From an uncultured Bacilli bacterium (GTDB lineage Bacteria; Bacillota_I; Bacilli_A; RF39; UBA660), in assembly GCA_910578855.1 (NCBI GenBank), contig CAJTRV010000003.1:1-55444 (forward strand): a stretch of DNA of 55,444 nucleotides, written 5' to 3'. Positions 1-9,764 of this stretch are shown here, piece by piece. The position numbers and the translations under genes were made by a program. Each line of letters begins with the position of its first letter. Positions within the stretch are counted from its first letter, which is position 1. The notes below the pieces were generated by a model. That model saw only the letters and a list, made by a program, of their open reading frames with translations. It had not been told where the DNA came from and did no database searches.

Positions 1-53
1 CCTATCCCCCCCTATTTTTCGATTATATTGTCTACTTTTACTTGACTTATGCA

Positions 54-86
54 AAACAAAAAAAGAAAAGTTTAAAATTACTTTTC
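54..86 (-). terminator. Rho-independent terminator after the GH31-like gene
   Basis: 7-bp stem gaaaagt (65-71) / acttttc (80-86) with an 8-nt loop. On the minus strand it is followed by a U-run (A-run 54-64 on plus), directly after the stop at 88-90. Confidence 0.55.
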
Positions 87-87
87 C

Positions 88-2499
88 TTATACTTGTCCA
101 ATATATTCTAATAAATTTAAGAATAATTTAATATATCTTTTTTCTAAACCATGACGTCCTAATTTGCGAATTTCAATTCGCTTTTTCTTAATTGGTAGCT
201 CACTAAATAAAATTTGATCGATTTTCTCTTTCATCGTTGTCTCTAATTCAAGATCACTAATAATGGACTCAATATCATCACCAATTAAACGAACAGCGTC
301 AATTTCGATATCCTTTCCTTTACAATTTACCGTTAATTGTCCAATCGTTGGAACATCACGCACTTCAACAACAAAGTCAGGACCATCAATATATGCTTTA
401 TATGATAGTAACTGACTATTGAAATATACAACAACATCATTGGCTTTTTTAGTATTACGGAATCGGATCTTATAATTACGGGTTGCTGGAATAATTCCAC
501 TTTTTCCCTCAATCGCTCGAATAATCATCGTATAATTATTGGGTAGATAATTATATTCAATCGACGTTAATAAATAAAAGCCCCGTTTATATAAGTCACT
601 AACCCCATCATCCTCATATAAATTATATTGGTTATTCTGACCTGGGAACACATGTATTTCCATGTTTTTAGGAGGATTAACATCATTGATATTATCGTTT
701 TCCCCCAAGGGAATAATCGCCCCCGCTTTGGCGAAAACAGGATAATCTTGGTCTTTAAAGAACGATACATATTCTCGTCCTCCTGGAAATTTCTTTCCAG
801 TCATAAAGTCATACCAGGTTCCTTCTGGAATGTAGAATTTATGAACAGAACGATTCATATCATAATCTTTCTTATGAATGATAGGACAAACAAAGAGTTC
901 TGTTCCTAAATAGTATTCATTGCGGTAACGCAAATCATCATAATACTCTGGTGTTTTATAAAAAACAGGCATAATAAGTGGCATTCCATATTTATAATAC
1001 TTATATGACTCTGCATACAAATAAGGAATCAATCTCGTTCGAAGTGTTAAATAAGTCTTTACAATCTTAGCGGTTTTATAACTCCAACGCCAAGGCTCAC
1101 GCTTATAATACTTTCCAGCTTCACTTCCAAACTTTAAAATCGGACTAAAAGTTCCCAACTGGACAAAGCGTGTATATAACTCATTATCCTCGATCCCTTT
1201 GTAATAACCACCAATATCATGAGCAAAGAAACTAACACCATTATTGGCAGCACTAACATTATAAAATGGAACCATTTTTAATGTCTCCCAACTTACAATT
1301 GACTTACCGGCATACAAGACTGGATAATGATGGGGATTTACCAGTGTATTGCGTGATAATATTAATGGACGACGTTTAAAATCCCGCATCATATCATAGA
1401 AATGATAGTGATTTAGAAGCCATAAACTTTGTAGATCATGTTTATTTTGATAACTAATCTGATAAAAATCCACTCCGTCATTATCTAAAGGATGAATCAC
1501 CAATTTCAAATAGACATCTAAAAAGCGGGGATTCATTACCTCGAAAGGAATAACCCCATTCGCATCAGGTTTTAAATATTCACTCACTTTCGCATACGAT
1601 GACTCAGTCGGAAAAAGACCAGCTTCTGGATCGATTTCTAATCCTACCCGAATCCCCTGCGAATGCAGATAATCGATCATCGCTTTCGGTTTTACAAACT
1701 GGTCATGATTCCATGTAAAACCTGATGAAACATCTTTTTTCCCTAATCGATTGGGTAAATGCCAATTGTGATTCAACACAAGAACTGAAAGTGGAATCTC
1801 TTCTTCGGCAAATTGATCAATTAATTGTTTTAACGAAAGATCATTATACCCAACATTACGACTCCACCAGTTTCCTAGCGCATACCGTGGAATCAAAGCC
1901 GGTGGTCCAGTTAAATAAAAATAGTCTTTCAAACAAGCCGCAAAATCTTTTAAATAGAGAAATACGTAAACGTCAACATAATCCGAAGCCCGTTTTTCAA
2001 TGCTTCCATCCGCTTCAAAGACAATACCACTATCATCATAGATCGCCGCAAAGCCATCAGACGAATAAAGACCTTTTTTAAACTTTATCTTTCCCTCTTC
2101 CATTTCTGTCGAAAGACCCGGTGTTCCATAATTACGAACCTCAGGATGTTTATAATACCAAATACGATCGGTATTTAATAGTTCAATTCGTAAATTAGAC
2201 GTCGTATTTAACTTTGAACCAGTAAAAGGTTTCTCTTTCGTATAGGTAAGACGAAAATATTTGGTAACAATTTTTAATACCCCATGTTCATCTGTTACCT
2301 TAAATTCTGGCGTTGGAAAATCACGACTAGCAACAATCTCTGTTGGTCGATCTTCAAAAGTTCCGGTCTCACTATACTCTAACCGAACCAATCGTTCAGT
2401 CAATACTGTAATACGATACTTTTTTCCTTTTAATACATTCTTTTCTAACGCTTTTGCTTTATTTAAATCACGTTTAAAATGCTCTCCTAAGTTATACAT
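88..2499 (-). CDS. Glycoside hydrolase family 31-like protein (alpha-glucosidase/alpha-xylosidase fold)
   Basis: 803 aa. ORF-track start 2508 is a GTG inside the RBS; I moved the start to ATG 2499, 5 nt after AAGGGTGA. The LGNWWSR, SWETL and FFAHDIGGY blocks align by eye with the GH31 catalytic domain. The catalytic residues look substituted (see finding). Confidence 0.8.
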   Translation of the reverse strand: MYNLGEHFKRDLNKAKALEKNVLKGKKYRITVLTERLVRLEYSETGTFEDRPTEIVASRDFPTPEFKVTDEHGVLKIVTKYFRLTYTKEKPFTGSKLNTTSNLRIELLNTDRIWYYKHPEVRNYGTPGLSTEMEEGKIKFKKGLYSSDGFAAIYDDSGIVFEADGSIEKRASDYVDVYVFLYLKDFAACLKDYFYLTGPPALIPRYALGNWWSRNVGYNDLSLKQLIDQFAEEEIPLSVLVLNHNWHLPNRLGKKDVSSGFTWNHDQFVKPKAMIDYLHSQGIRVGLEIDPEAGLFPTESSYAKVSEYLKPDANGVIPFEVMNPRFLDVYLKLVIHPLDNDGVDFYQISYQNKHDLQSLWLLNHYHFYDMMRDFKRRPLILSRNTLVNPHHYPVLYAGKSIVSWETLKMVPFYNVSAANNGVSFFAHDIGGYYKGIEDNELYTRFVQLGTFSPILKFGSEAGKYYKREPWRWSYKTAKIVKTYLTLRTRLIPYLYAESYKYYKYGMPLIMPVFYKTPEYYDDLRYRNEYYLGTELFVCPIIHKKDYDMNRSVHKFYIPEGTWYDFMTGKKFPGGREYVSFFKDQDYPVFAKAGAIIPLGENDNINDVNPPKNMEIHVFPGQNNQYNLYEDDGVSDLYKRGFYLLTSIEYNYLPNNYTMIIRAIEGKSGIIPATRNYKIRFRNTKKANDVVVYFNSQLLSYKAYIDGPDFVVEVRDVPTIGQLTVNCKGKDIEIDAVRLIGDDIESIISDLELETTMKEKIDQILFSELPIKKKRIEIRKLGRHGLEKRYIKLFLNLLEYIGQV

Positions 2500-2526
2500 C
2501 GTTATCACCCTTTTTATTCTTTTTGC

Positions 2527-3939
2527 TTACAACTTCTCTATCCGCATAAAATTAGTATGTTTTACCCCTTCAAATGGATAGCCTCCTGTTAATATATAAT
2601 GTCCCTCATTTCGCTCGATATAAGTTTTCACACACTCTTTTGCGACATGAATCATCTTGTCCAGTTGATCAAGTTTCTTCACATGAACTGGTTGAACGGC
2701 AAAATGAAGTGCCAATGATCGCGCGGTTTCCGGATCAGGACAAAGCGCAATAATCGGACAACTAGGTCGGAAACGGCTAATTTTACGAGCCGTATATCCG
2801 GTCACCGTTGGCGCTACAATAGCAATACACTTTAAGCGATTGGCACAATCCGTCACACTATAGGCAATATTCCCGGTGATATCCTGCTTTTCTGTCCGCA
2901 TTGACGTTTCAACGAATTCATAATAATTGATATCTTCCTCTGATGACGCAATAATTCGTTCCATCATCATCGTCGTTTCTACGGGATATTTTCCAGTCGT
3001 TGTTTCCCCACTTAGCATCACCGCATCAACCCCATCTAATACGGCATTCGCTAAATCACTCACTTCAGCTCGGGTTGGAATCATCTCATCTTCCATACTC
3101 GATAATATCTCTGTTGCCACAATACTAACAACCCCAGCAATATGACATTTGCGAAGAATCATCTTCTGTAAACCAGGCAACCGTTCAAAGGGAATTTCTA
3201 CACCAAGATCACCACGGGCCACCATGACTGCATCACTGGCCTTAATAATTTGGTCAATATCCTCAATGGCTTGTTCGTTCTCGATCTTTGCAACAATCCC
3301 CAAATGATCATTTCCTAGTTCAATTAATAAATCATTCACCTCTAAAATATCTTCACTACTACGCACAAATGAGAGGGCTAAAAAGTCCAAGTGATTTTGA
3401 TGGGCATAAGTAATAATTTGCCGATCATAATCCCTTAAAAACGGAATATTAAGAGGAACACCCGGAACATTGAGTGATTTATGATCACGGACCAATCCTC
3501 CTTGAATAACATTACAAATCAGCATCTCTGGTTCTTTATCAATTACCTCTAAAATGATTTTACCATCATCAATTTTAATAATCGAATGACACTTAACATC
3601 GGATGCGAGTCCAGGATAATTTACTGATATCTTTGTATGATCCCCAGTAATCTCTTTCATATGAATACAAACAGTCGTCCCTGCTTTAAAGGTAACACAT
3701 CCATCTTTTACACGGTCAATTCGTACTGTTGGTCCAGGGATATCTACCATAATCGCAACATTTTTCTTTAACGTCTGATTTAATGTTTGTACTTTACGAA
3801 CAATATCATCACAAAAATCAAAGTCGGCATGACTCATGTTAATTCGCACAGCATCAATTCCATTCATCATCAAAGCTTTCAACGTTGCCTCATCCTGACT
3901 GGCTGGCCCTATAGAAGCAATTACTTTTGTTTTGTTCAT
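2527..3939 (-). CDS. pyk: Pyruvate kinase
   Basis: 470 aa. KTKVIASIGPAS N-terminus and MVARGDLGVEIP active-site block. No C-terminal PEP-utiliser domain. AGGTGATGG RBS. Confidence 0.95.
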   Translation of the reverse strand: MNKTKVIASIGPASQDEATLKALMMNGIDAVRINMSHADFDFCDDIVRKVQTLNQTLKKNVAIMVDIPGPTVRIDRVKDGCVTFKAGTTVCIHMKEITGDHTKISVNYPGLASDVKCHSIIKIDDGKIILEVIDKEPEMLICNVIQGGLVRDHKSLNVPGVPLNIPFLRDYDRQIITYAHQNHLDFLALSFVRSSEDILEVNDLLIELGNDHLGIVAKIENEQAIEDIDQIIKASDAVMVARGDLGVEIPFERLPGLQKMILRKCHIAGVVSIVATEILSSMEDEMIPTRAEVSDLANAVLDGVDAVMLSGETTTGKYPVETTMMMERIIASSEEDINYYEFVETSMRTEKQDITGNIAYSVTDCANRLKCIAIVAPTVTGYTARKISRFRPSCPIIALCPDPETARSLALHFAVQPVHVKKLDQLDKMIHVAKECVKTYIERNEGHYILTGGYPFEGVKHTNFMRIEKL

Positions 3940-4099
3940 ACCATCACCTATTATTCATTATACCAATTTTCGCACAAATAAAAAAGATATTTTTCATACC
4001 TTTATAATTATTCATACTCGTTTGGTGCAATAAGTTTGATTCACGTTATATGACAAGTTTCTAACTACTCTAACATTTGACTATCACAGGTATAAATGA

Positions 4100-4489
4100 C
4101 TATGATCCAGTGGTACTAGTTGGCGTACAATTTACTCCGCTTTCTAATAGTTTATAACTCTCTTTTTTATTCGCATCAGTCGTAATTTTAACATATCGAT
4201 CTAGAGCAATTATACTATCATTGTTAAAGTCTTGAATAGGGTCAGTTAACAGATCCTGATTAACCAATTGCTGCAAGGTTACACAATAAGTTTGATTCGC
4301 AGCTGTTTTATTATCTAAGTACAAATGAGCAGCATGCTCAATAATCTTCATATTGGCATCGCTGATTGTTCTTTTATTTTGATTTACTTGGTTCAAGATA
4401 GGAGGAATGGCTAAGAGACACAAAATACCAAAGATTGTAATTACTCCCAATAATTCAATTAAAGTAAATCCCTGTTTATTTATATGCAT
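4100..4489 (-). CDS. Type IV pilin / ComGC-like pseudopilin (prepilin-type N-terminal cleavage/methylation domain)
   Basis: 129 aa. Class III signal MHINKQG/FTLIELLGVITIFGIL (G-1, F+1, E+5). C-terminal Cys pair (QTYC...VNCT). GGGAGGGG RBS. Confidence 0.85.
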   Translation of the reverse strand: MHINKQGFTLIELLGVITIFGILCLLAIPPILNQVNQNKRTISDANMKIIEHAAHLYLDNKTAANQTYCVTLQQLVNQDLLTDPIQDFNNDSIIALDRYVKITTDANKKESYKLLESGVNCTPTSTTGS

Positions 4490-4518
4490 AGAACCCCTCC
4501 CTTCTATCTTGTATCTTA

Positions 4519-4902
4519 TTAAAAAATACTACTACAAGTTGATTCATAATACGTTGCTTTATATTGGTTATAACGATCACGTGATATTGCAACACAGCCA
4601 TTCATAGATTCACCCGTTTTCGGATTAATTACTTTTTGCGTTTGAACCAATTTTTTTCGTTTTAAATCTGCCAATGATATTTTGGCAAGTACGGATATAT
4701 TTTCTGATGATACCAATTCTGGATTTTCAGTAAAATATCCTAGGGCAGCTTTTTCAATTAATTTAACTTGTGTTTCATAAGCTCGCTCTTCGCTTCGTTT
4801 TAAACTACTACGAATGGCGGGAATCGTCGTTAACGCAATGATTGCAATTACAACAATAATCGCAATCAATTCGATCAATGTAAAACCTTGCTTCGTTCTC
4901 AT
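4519..4902 (-). CDS. Type IV pilin / ComGC-like pseudopilin
   Basis: 127 aa. MRTKQG/FTLIELIAIIVVIAIIAL. C-terminal Cys pair (NGCVAI...ESTCSS). AGAGGGTG RBS. Tandem with 4100-4489. Confidence 0.85.
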   Translation of the reverse strand: MRTKQGFTLIELIAIIVVIAIIALTTIPAIRSSLKRSEERAYETQVKLIEKAALGYFTENPELVSSENISVLAKISLADLKRKKLVQTQKVINPKTGESMNGCVAISRDRYNQYKATYYESTCSSIF

Positions 4903-4963
4903 AAAAACACCCTCTTATACTATAACAACTGTATCATACTTTGCCTAGCTTTGCAAGAACCAG

Positions 4964-4990
4964 TTAAAAAAAGCACCTATTCCGTGCTTT
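4964..4990 (-). terminator. Rho-independent terminator after eno
   Basis: Stem agcac (4972-4976) / gtgct (4984-4988). On the minus strand it is followed by a 7-U run (A-run 4965-4971 on plus). It lies 13 nt after the eno stop. Confidence 0.6.
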
Positions 4991-5002
4991 CTCTTATAAC
5001 CA

Positions 5003-6229
5003 CTAACGAGATAATTCCTCTTCAATACGAATTAATTCGTTGTATTTACATACGCGGTCCGTTCTAGACAATGATCCGGTTTTAATCTGTCCTAAGTTAA
5101 GACCAACCGCAAAATCAGCAATAAAGTAATCCTCTGTTTCACCACTTCGGTGTGAAATAATCGTATTATATTGGTTTTCTTTCGCCAAAGTAATGGTCTC
5201 TAACATCTCAGTTACTGTACCAATTTGATTGGCTTTTAAAAGAATTGCATTACAGATTCCTTGTTTAATTCCCTCAGCAAAAATTGCTTTATTCGTAACA
5301 AATAAATCATCACCAACAAGTTGAATATGTCCCAACTTCTCAGTTAGCAATCGGAATCCTTCATAATCGGTTTCATGTAATCCATCTTCAATCGAAATAA
5401 TCGGATAATCATTGACAAGGGCAACAAAATAATCAACCAATTCCTGACTAGTAAGTTGTTTTCCCTCCCCTTTTAATTCATACATGCCATCGTGATAAAA
5501 TTCACTAGCCGCAACATCAAGGGCAAGACAGACATCTTTTCCTGGTTCATAACCAGCCTCACGAATAGCAAGCATGATGTCATCTAACGCCTCCCGGTTG
5601 CTATTAAGATTAGGGGCAAATCCCCCTTCATCACCAACACCCGTATGATAACCTTTCTGATTCAATACTCGTTTTAACGTATGAAATACTTCTGAACCAA
5701 TTTGAACCCGCTTTTTGATACTATCTGCTTGGGGGATAATCATAAACTCCTGAAAATCTAACGCATTATCCGCATGCGCCCCACCATTTAAAATGTTCAT
5801 CATCGGTACTGGTAGCGTCGTTCCTGGGCCGATATAACGATATAGTGGTTCCCCCGCACTAAGTGCTGCTGCCTTTATAACAGCAAGTGATACTCCTAGC
5901 ATCGCATTGGCACCTAAATTACTCTTATTCTCGGTTCCATCTAACGAAATTAGCTTAAGATCGATCTCTGCTTGCTTACTAGCGTCCATTCCAATTAGGG
6001 CAGGTTTAATCACCTCATTAACATTGGTAACCGCTTTTAAAACACCTTTTCCTTGATAACGTTGGGAATCACCATCACGAAGTTCCAAAGCCTCTTTGCT
6101 TCCGGTGGATGCTCCACTTGGAACACTGGCACGTCCCATCACACCATTTTCTAAATATACATCCACCTCAACGGTTGGATTTCCTCTTGAATCTAATATT
6201 TCTCTTCCTTTAACATTTGTTATTTTCAT
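5003..6229 (-). CDS. eno: Enolase (phosphopyruvate hydratase)
   Basis: 408 aa. [22 protein letters not shown] and SHRSGETED motifs. Start set to ATG 6229, preceded by GGAGG. The ORF-track start 6241 lies within that RBS and abuts the murD stop. Confidence 0.95.
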   Translation of the reverse strand: MKITNVKGREILDSRGNPTVEVDVYLENGVMGRASVPSGASTGSKEALELRDGDSQRYQGKGVLKAVTNVNEVIKPALIGMDASKQAEIDLKLISLDGTENKSNLGANAMLGVSLAVIKAAALSAGEPLYRYIGPGTTLPVPMMNILNGGAHADNALDFQEFMIIPQADSIKKRVQIGSEVFHTLKRVLNQKGYHTGVGDEGGFAPNLNSNREALDDIMLAIREAGYEPGKDVCLALDVAASEFYHDGMYELKGEGKQLTSQELVDYFVALVNDYPIISIEDGLHETDYEGFRLLTEKLGHIQLVGDDLFVTNKAIFAEGIKQGICNAILLKANQIGTVTEMLETITLAKENQYNTIISHRSGETEDYFIADFAVGLNLGQIKTGSLSRTDRVCKYNELIRIEEELSR

Positions 6230-6241
6230 AATTTCCTCCAT

Positions 6242-7576
6242 CTATTCTTCTAAAAGATTAACCAATTGTTTAAATTCCTCGCCTCTAATTTCGAAATTAG
6301 GATACATATCCCATGAGGCACAGGCTGGACTAAATAAAATTGTCGTTCCGGCTTCTGATAAGTTATAAGCTACTTTGACACATTCTTCTAACGTATCTAC
6401 CATAACACAATCTTTCTTTATCTTTTTACAATAGGTCGCAATCTTCTGTTTTGTCTGTCCAAAACAGATAACATGAGTTACATTGGTCATCGAACTCGTT
6501 AAATCATCAAATGGAACACCACGATCAAGGCCCCCCATAATTAAGATCGTTGGACTAGCAAATGACCGTAGGGCAATCATCGTCGACTGATTATTAGTCG
6601 CTTTCGAATCATTATAAAATTCGCGATCGTGCAGTTTTCGAACATATTCCAAACGATGCTCAACCCCACTAAAATTATTCAACACTTGTTTGATAACCTC
6701 ATTCGATACGCCAAATTGTTTGGCTACAATAATGGCTCCCATAATATTCTGATAGTTATGGTTTCCCTTAACGCGAATCATATCTAGTGCAATAATTTTC
6801 TCTGTACCCATATAAATTGCTTGCTCATTTATCTTAATATCTGCATCTTCAATACACGAAAAATATAGTTTTTGAGATGCGATATCGTTTGTAAGTTCTA
6901 AAGAATCAGGGCAATCACGATTGATGATAGCCAGATTTTTTTTCGTATGATGTTGAAAGATGCGCTTTTTCATCTCTTTGTAACGTTCATATGTCTTATT
7001 AAAATCAATATGAGTCGGTGTTAAATTAGTTAGCACACTGATCTCGGTTTTAAATTCATACATGTCATGTAACTGATGATCTGATATCTCTAGAACTAAG
7101 ATATCACCAGTCTTGACCTGATTGACAAGGCTAGATAAAGGATACCCAATATTTCCGCCCAAATGAACTGGTAATGCAGCTTCTTTTAAAAATTCATATA
7201 AGATAGTTGCTGTCGTTGTTTTTCCATTAGAACCGGTAATCCCGATAATATGAACATCATCTGGTAAAAAATGATACGCCATTTCCATTTCGTTGATGAC
7301 GGGAACACCAAGTTCCAAGGCTTTTTGAACACATTCATGATCTCGACAAATTCCCGGATTTTTAATCATATAATCATAGGTATCATCAAACAACGAACAC
7401 GGATCATCTGTAACAACATAATCCACACCTAGTTTCCGCAATTCCGCAACCATGCTGGCATCTTGTTCCTTTTGATCGGTGATTAATATTTGATTTTGAT
7501 GTTGAGCCAATAACGAAGCTGCCTCATAGCCACTCTTCGCCATTCCTAGGATAAAAATCTTTTTCTTTTCAAACAT
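6242..7576 (-). CDS. murD: UDP-N-acetylmuramoyl-L-alanine--D-glutamate ligase
   Basis: 444 aa. N-terminal Rossmann ILGMAKSGYEAA, Mur-ligase P-loop GITGSNGKTTT, GVEHRLE block. Start at ATG 7576, 8 nt after GGAGAG. Confidence 0.9.
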   Translation of the reverse strand: MFEKKKIFILGMAKSGYEAASLLAQHQNQILITDQKEQDASMVAELRKLGVDYVVTDDPCSLFDDTYDYMIKNPGICRDHECVQKALELGVPVINEMEMAYHFLPDDVHIIGITGSNGKTTTATILYEFLKEAALPVHLGGNIGYPLSSLVNQVKTGDILVLEISDHQLHDMYEFKTEISVLTNLTPTHIDFNKTYERYKEMKKRIFQHHTKKNLAIINRDCPDSLELTNDIASQKLYFSCIEDADIKINEQAIYMGTEKIIALDMIRVKGNHNYQNIMGAIIVAKQFGVSNEVIKQVLNNFSGVEHRLEYVRKLHDREFYNDSKATNNQSTMIALRSFASPTILIMGGLDRGVPFDDLTSSMTNVTHVICFGQTKQKIATYCKKIKKDCVMVDTLEECVKVAYNLSEAGTTILFSPACASWDMYPNFEIRGEEFKQLVNLLEE

Positions 7577-7686
7577 ATGATTCACTCTCCTTTATTATTA
7601 TATCACTTTACCGCTAGATTGTTAACCTTTAGAGCATTTATTTACATGAAATATGCCCACATCTTTCCAAAACAATGATACAATAA

Positions 7687-7716
7687 TTGTATTGTCTTTT
7701 GCTTTTATGATATAAT
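7687..7716 (+). promoter_or_regulatory. Sigma-A-type promoter for the FemAB-family gene
   Basis: TTGTAT (7687-7692), 18-nt spacer, TATAAT (7711-7716) with a TG at -15/-14 (extended -10). Confidence 0.45.
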
Positions 7717-7754
7717 ACTATAATATGTATTGAAATCAGAAAGGAGCAGCTATT

Positions 7755-9005
7755 ATGATGCGCGAACTCACCAACGAAGAATTTAGACAGTTCTCTAATT
7801 ACTATCGCCCTTCTAGTATTTATCAAACACCAGAGTATGCTTTTGTTATGAACAATCAAAACTATACCAGTCTTTTCCTAGGATTGATTGAGCAAAATCA
7901 AATCGTTGGGGCAACACTCATATTAATTCATAAGATTCATGGCTTCAAATATGCCTATGCTCCCCGTGGTTTTTTATTAGACTATCGCAATTCAACCTTA
8001 GTAAAACAATTTACAACAGAATTAAAACGATATCTCAAAAAACGCGATGTTATCGCGGTCAAATTGTGTCCAATCATTCCAAAAACGATTAAAGATACTA
8101 AGACTAACATTACCAATTCTAATTTAGAGTATGATATGATATATACAACCTTAAAACAAAATAATTATTTCCATATGGGATATAATCATTACTTTGAAGC
8201 ATTAAAACCTCGTTATGAAGCCATCATTGATATGAGTATTCCCTACTATGAAATATTTGGTAATTTAAAAAAAGAAGTTCGTACAAAAATTCGTAGTGCA
8301 GTCGACAAAGGGATTCAGATCTATAAAGGAAATGAACAAAATTTAGATTATCTATATTTACACGTCAAAACAAAGTATCCACGATCACTGAAATATTTTC
8401 AAGATTGCTACTACTTCTTTGGAAAAAGTAATAAAATCGATTACTATTATGCCAAATTAAATACCGAGCAATATTTAAAACGGACAAAACAAACTTATGA
8501 ACATTTAGAGCAAAAATTACTGAAGATCAATCAAATTATTCAGACCAAAGATACCCCAAAGAAAGATATTTTACTCAATCGGAAGATGAAACTTGATCGC
8601 GAGTTCGCCCATTATAAAGAAGAACTCATTCGAGCCACTAATTTACTAGCAGAATATCCAGATGGTATTGTTACTGCAACAATGTTAGTAGTAAGACACC
8701 AAGATGAAGTTACCGTTTTAATGGATGGTTATGACCCTAAATTTAAATCATTTAATGCCAAACATCTTCTTATTTGGCAACTGATTGAACGCTATGCGAA
8801 CCTAGGCTATAAACGCTTTAATCTCGGCGGAATGACTGCCCTAGATAGGAAAGAAAATCCTTACCAAGGATTAAATCAATTTAAAATGGGATTTTCTCCT
8901 AAGATATATGAATATATCGGTGACCTAGAATTAATTACGAATCATGCCCTATATTTCTTATATCGCAATGCAGCTCCCATTCGTAAATTAGTAACCAAAT
9001 CATAA
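7755..9005 (+). CDS. FemAB-family peptidoglycan interpeptide-bridge aminoacyltransferase
   Basis: 416 aa. Two acyltransferase halves separated by a coiled-coil insert (EQYLKRTKQTYEHLEQKLLKINQ). C-terminal HLLIWQLIERYANLGYKRFNLGG block typical of FemX/FemAB/MurM. AAAGGAG RBS. Confidence 0.8.
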   Translation: MMRELTNEEFRQFSNYYRPSSIYQTPEYAFVMNNQNYTSLFLGLIEQNQIVGATLILIHKIHGFKYAYAPRGFLLDYRNSTLVKQFTTELKRYLKKRDVIAVKLCPIIPKTIKDTKTNITNSNLEYDMIYTTLKQNNYFHMGYNHYFEALKPRYEAIIDMSIPYYEIFGNLKKEVRTKIRSAVDKGIQIYKGNEQNLDYLYLHVKTKYPRSLKYFQDCYYFFGKSNKIDYYYAKLNTEQYLKRTKQTYEHLEQKLLKINQIIQTKDTPKKDILLNRKMKLDREFAHYKEELIRATNLLAEYPDGIVTATMLVVRHQDEVTVLMDGYDPKFKSFNAKHLLIWQLIERYANLGYKRFNLGGMTALDRKENPYQGLNQFKMGFSPKIYEYIGDLELITNHALYFLYRNAAPIRKLVTKS

Positions 9006-9013
9006 AATATAAT

Positions 9014-9048
9014 GACACCTATTACAACGTAATCAGGGGTCTTTTTTT
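9014..9048 (+). terminator. Rho-independent terminator after the FemAB-family gene
   Basis: Long bulged stem gacacctattac / gtaatcaggggtc, followed by TTTTTTT (9042-9048). Confidence 0.75.
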
Positions 9049-9059
9049 ATTGTATCATG

Positions 9060-9084
9060 AAAAAAAACGAGAATATGTTCCCGT
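9060..9084 (-). terminator. Rho-independent terminator for the tuf-downstream small genes
   Basis: Minus-strand hairpin ACGGGAA-CATA-TTCTCGT (one G-U pair), followed by 8 U (A-run 9060-9067 on plus). Convergent with the plus-strand terminator. Confidence 0.65.
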
Positions 9085-9148
9085 CTCCTTCTTGCACAAA
9101 CCTACACTAGCTATAACACATTTTTCAGCATGACTGCTTTTATCTTTA

Positions 9149-9406
9149 TTAAGAAGTTCTATTTTGAAGATTTTGTTTCATAATCTCCAGAAATTGCATT
9201 CCAATGCGGGCCACTTCATCAGGATCATCAACTGGTGTTAATTTCAAGCCCTCATCATCAAGTGATTCTTCATAAAATTGAAAATGATTAGGCTCTTCTT
9301 TGGCCATTAAATAAACATATTTCTTTTGATCGATCATTGCCGTCTCTAAAACAAAATAGGCTTTGTCATCAGTAAGTTTTACAATACTATTCTTTTCAAT
9401 TCCCAT
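9149..9406 (-). CDS. Small acidic hypothetical protein (DUF1292-like by eye)
   Basis: 85 aa. The start overlaps the upstream stop (TAATG), implying translational coupling. No recognisable catalytic motif. Confidence 0.6.
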   Translation of the reverse strand: MGIEKNSIVKLTDDKAYFVLETAMIDQKKYVYLMAKEEPNHFQFYEESLDDEGLKLTPVDDPDEVARIGMQFLEIMKQNLQNRTS

Positions 9407-9672
9407 TATTTCTGTTTCACCTTACTATTATTATGATGCATTTGATAAGCCTCATATCCATAAAAGATCGCTCCTAATCCAGAAATAATTGGTATCAAAA
9501 CTGCAGGCGTCTTGAATTGATTGGTCATCGCTAATGTCAAAGTCGAAGCAACAGTAGCCCCAATTAAAACATAAGTTGCCTCTAAAGCATAATTTTTATC
9601 TTCTAATGAAAAATCAGTATCAAGTGATGTTACACTTTCAACGTATAATGGTTCTTTTTTTGGTTCTTCCAT
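9406..9672 (-). CDS. Small membrane protein, two predicted TM helices
   Basis: 88 aa from ATG 9672 after GGAGGG. Hydrophobic segments ATYVLIGATVASTLTLAM and AVLIPIISGLGAIFYGY. The ORF-track extension to 9765 has no RBS and abuts the tuf stop. Confidence 0.6.
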   Translation of the reverse strand: MEEPKKEPLYVESVTSLDTDFSLEDKNYALEATYVLIGATVASTLTLAMTNQFKTPAVLIPIISGLGAIFYGYEAYQMHHNNSKVKQK

Positions 9673-9764
9673 ATTATCCCTCCGAATAAGTAATATTTTA
9701 TCACTTCTACTACTTAGAGTCAAATAGAAAAGACAAGCAAAATACTTGTCTTTAATTGGTTTCA

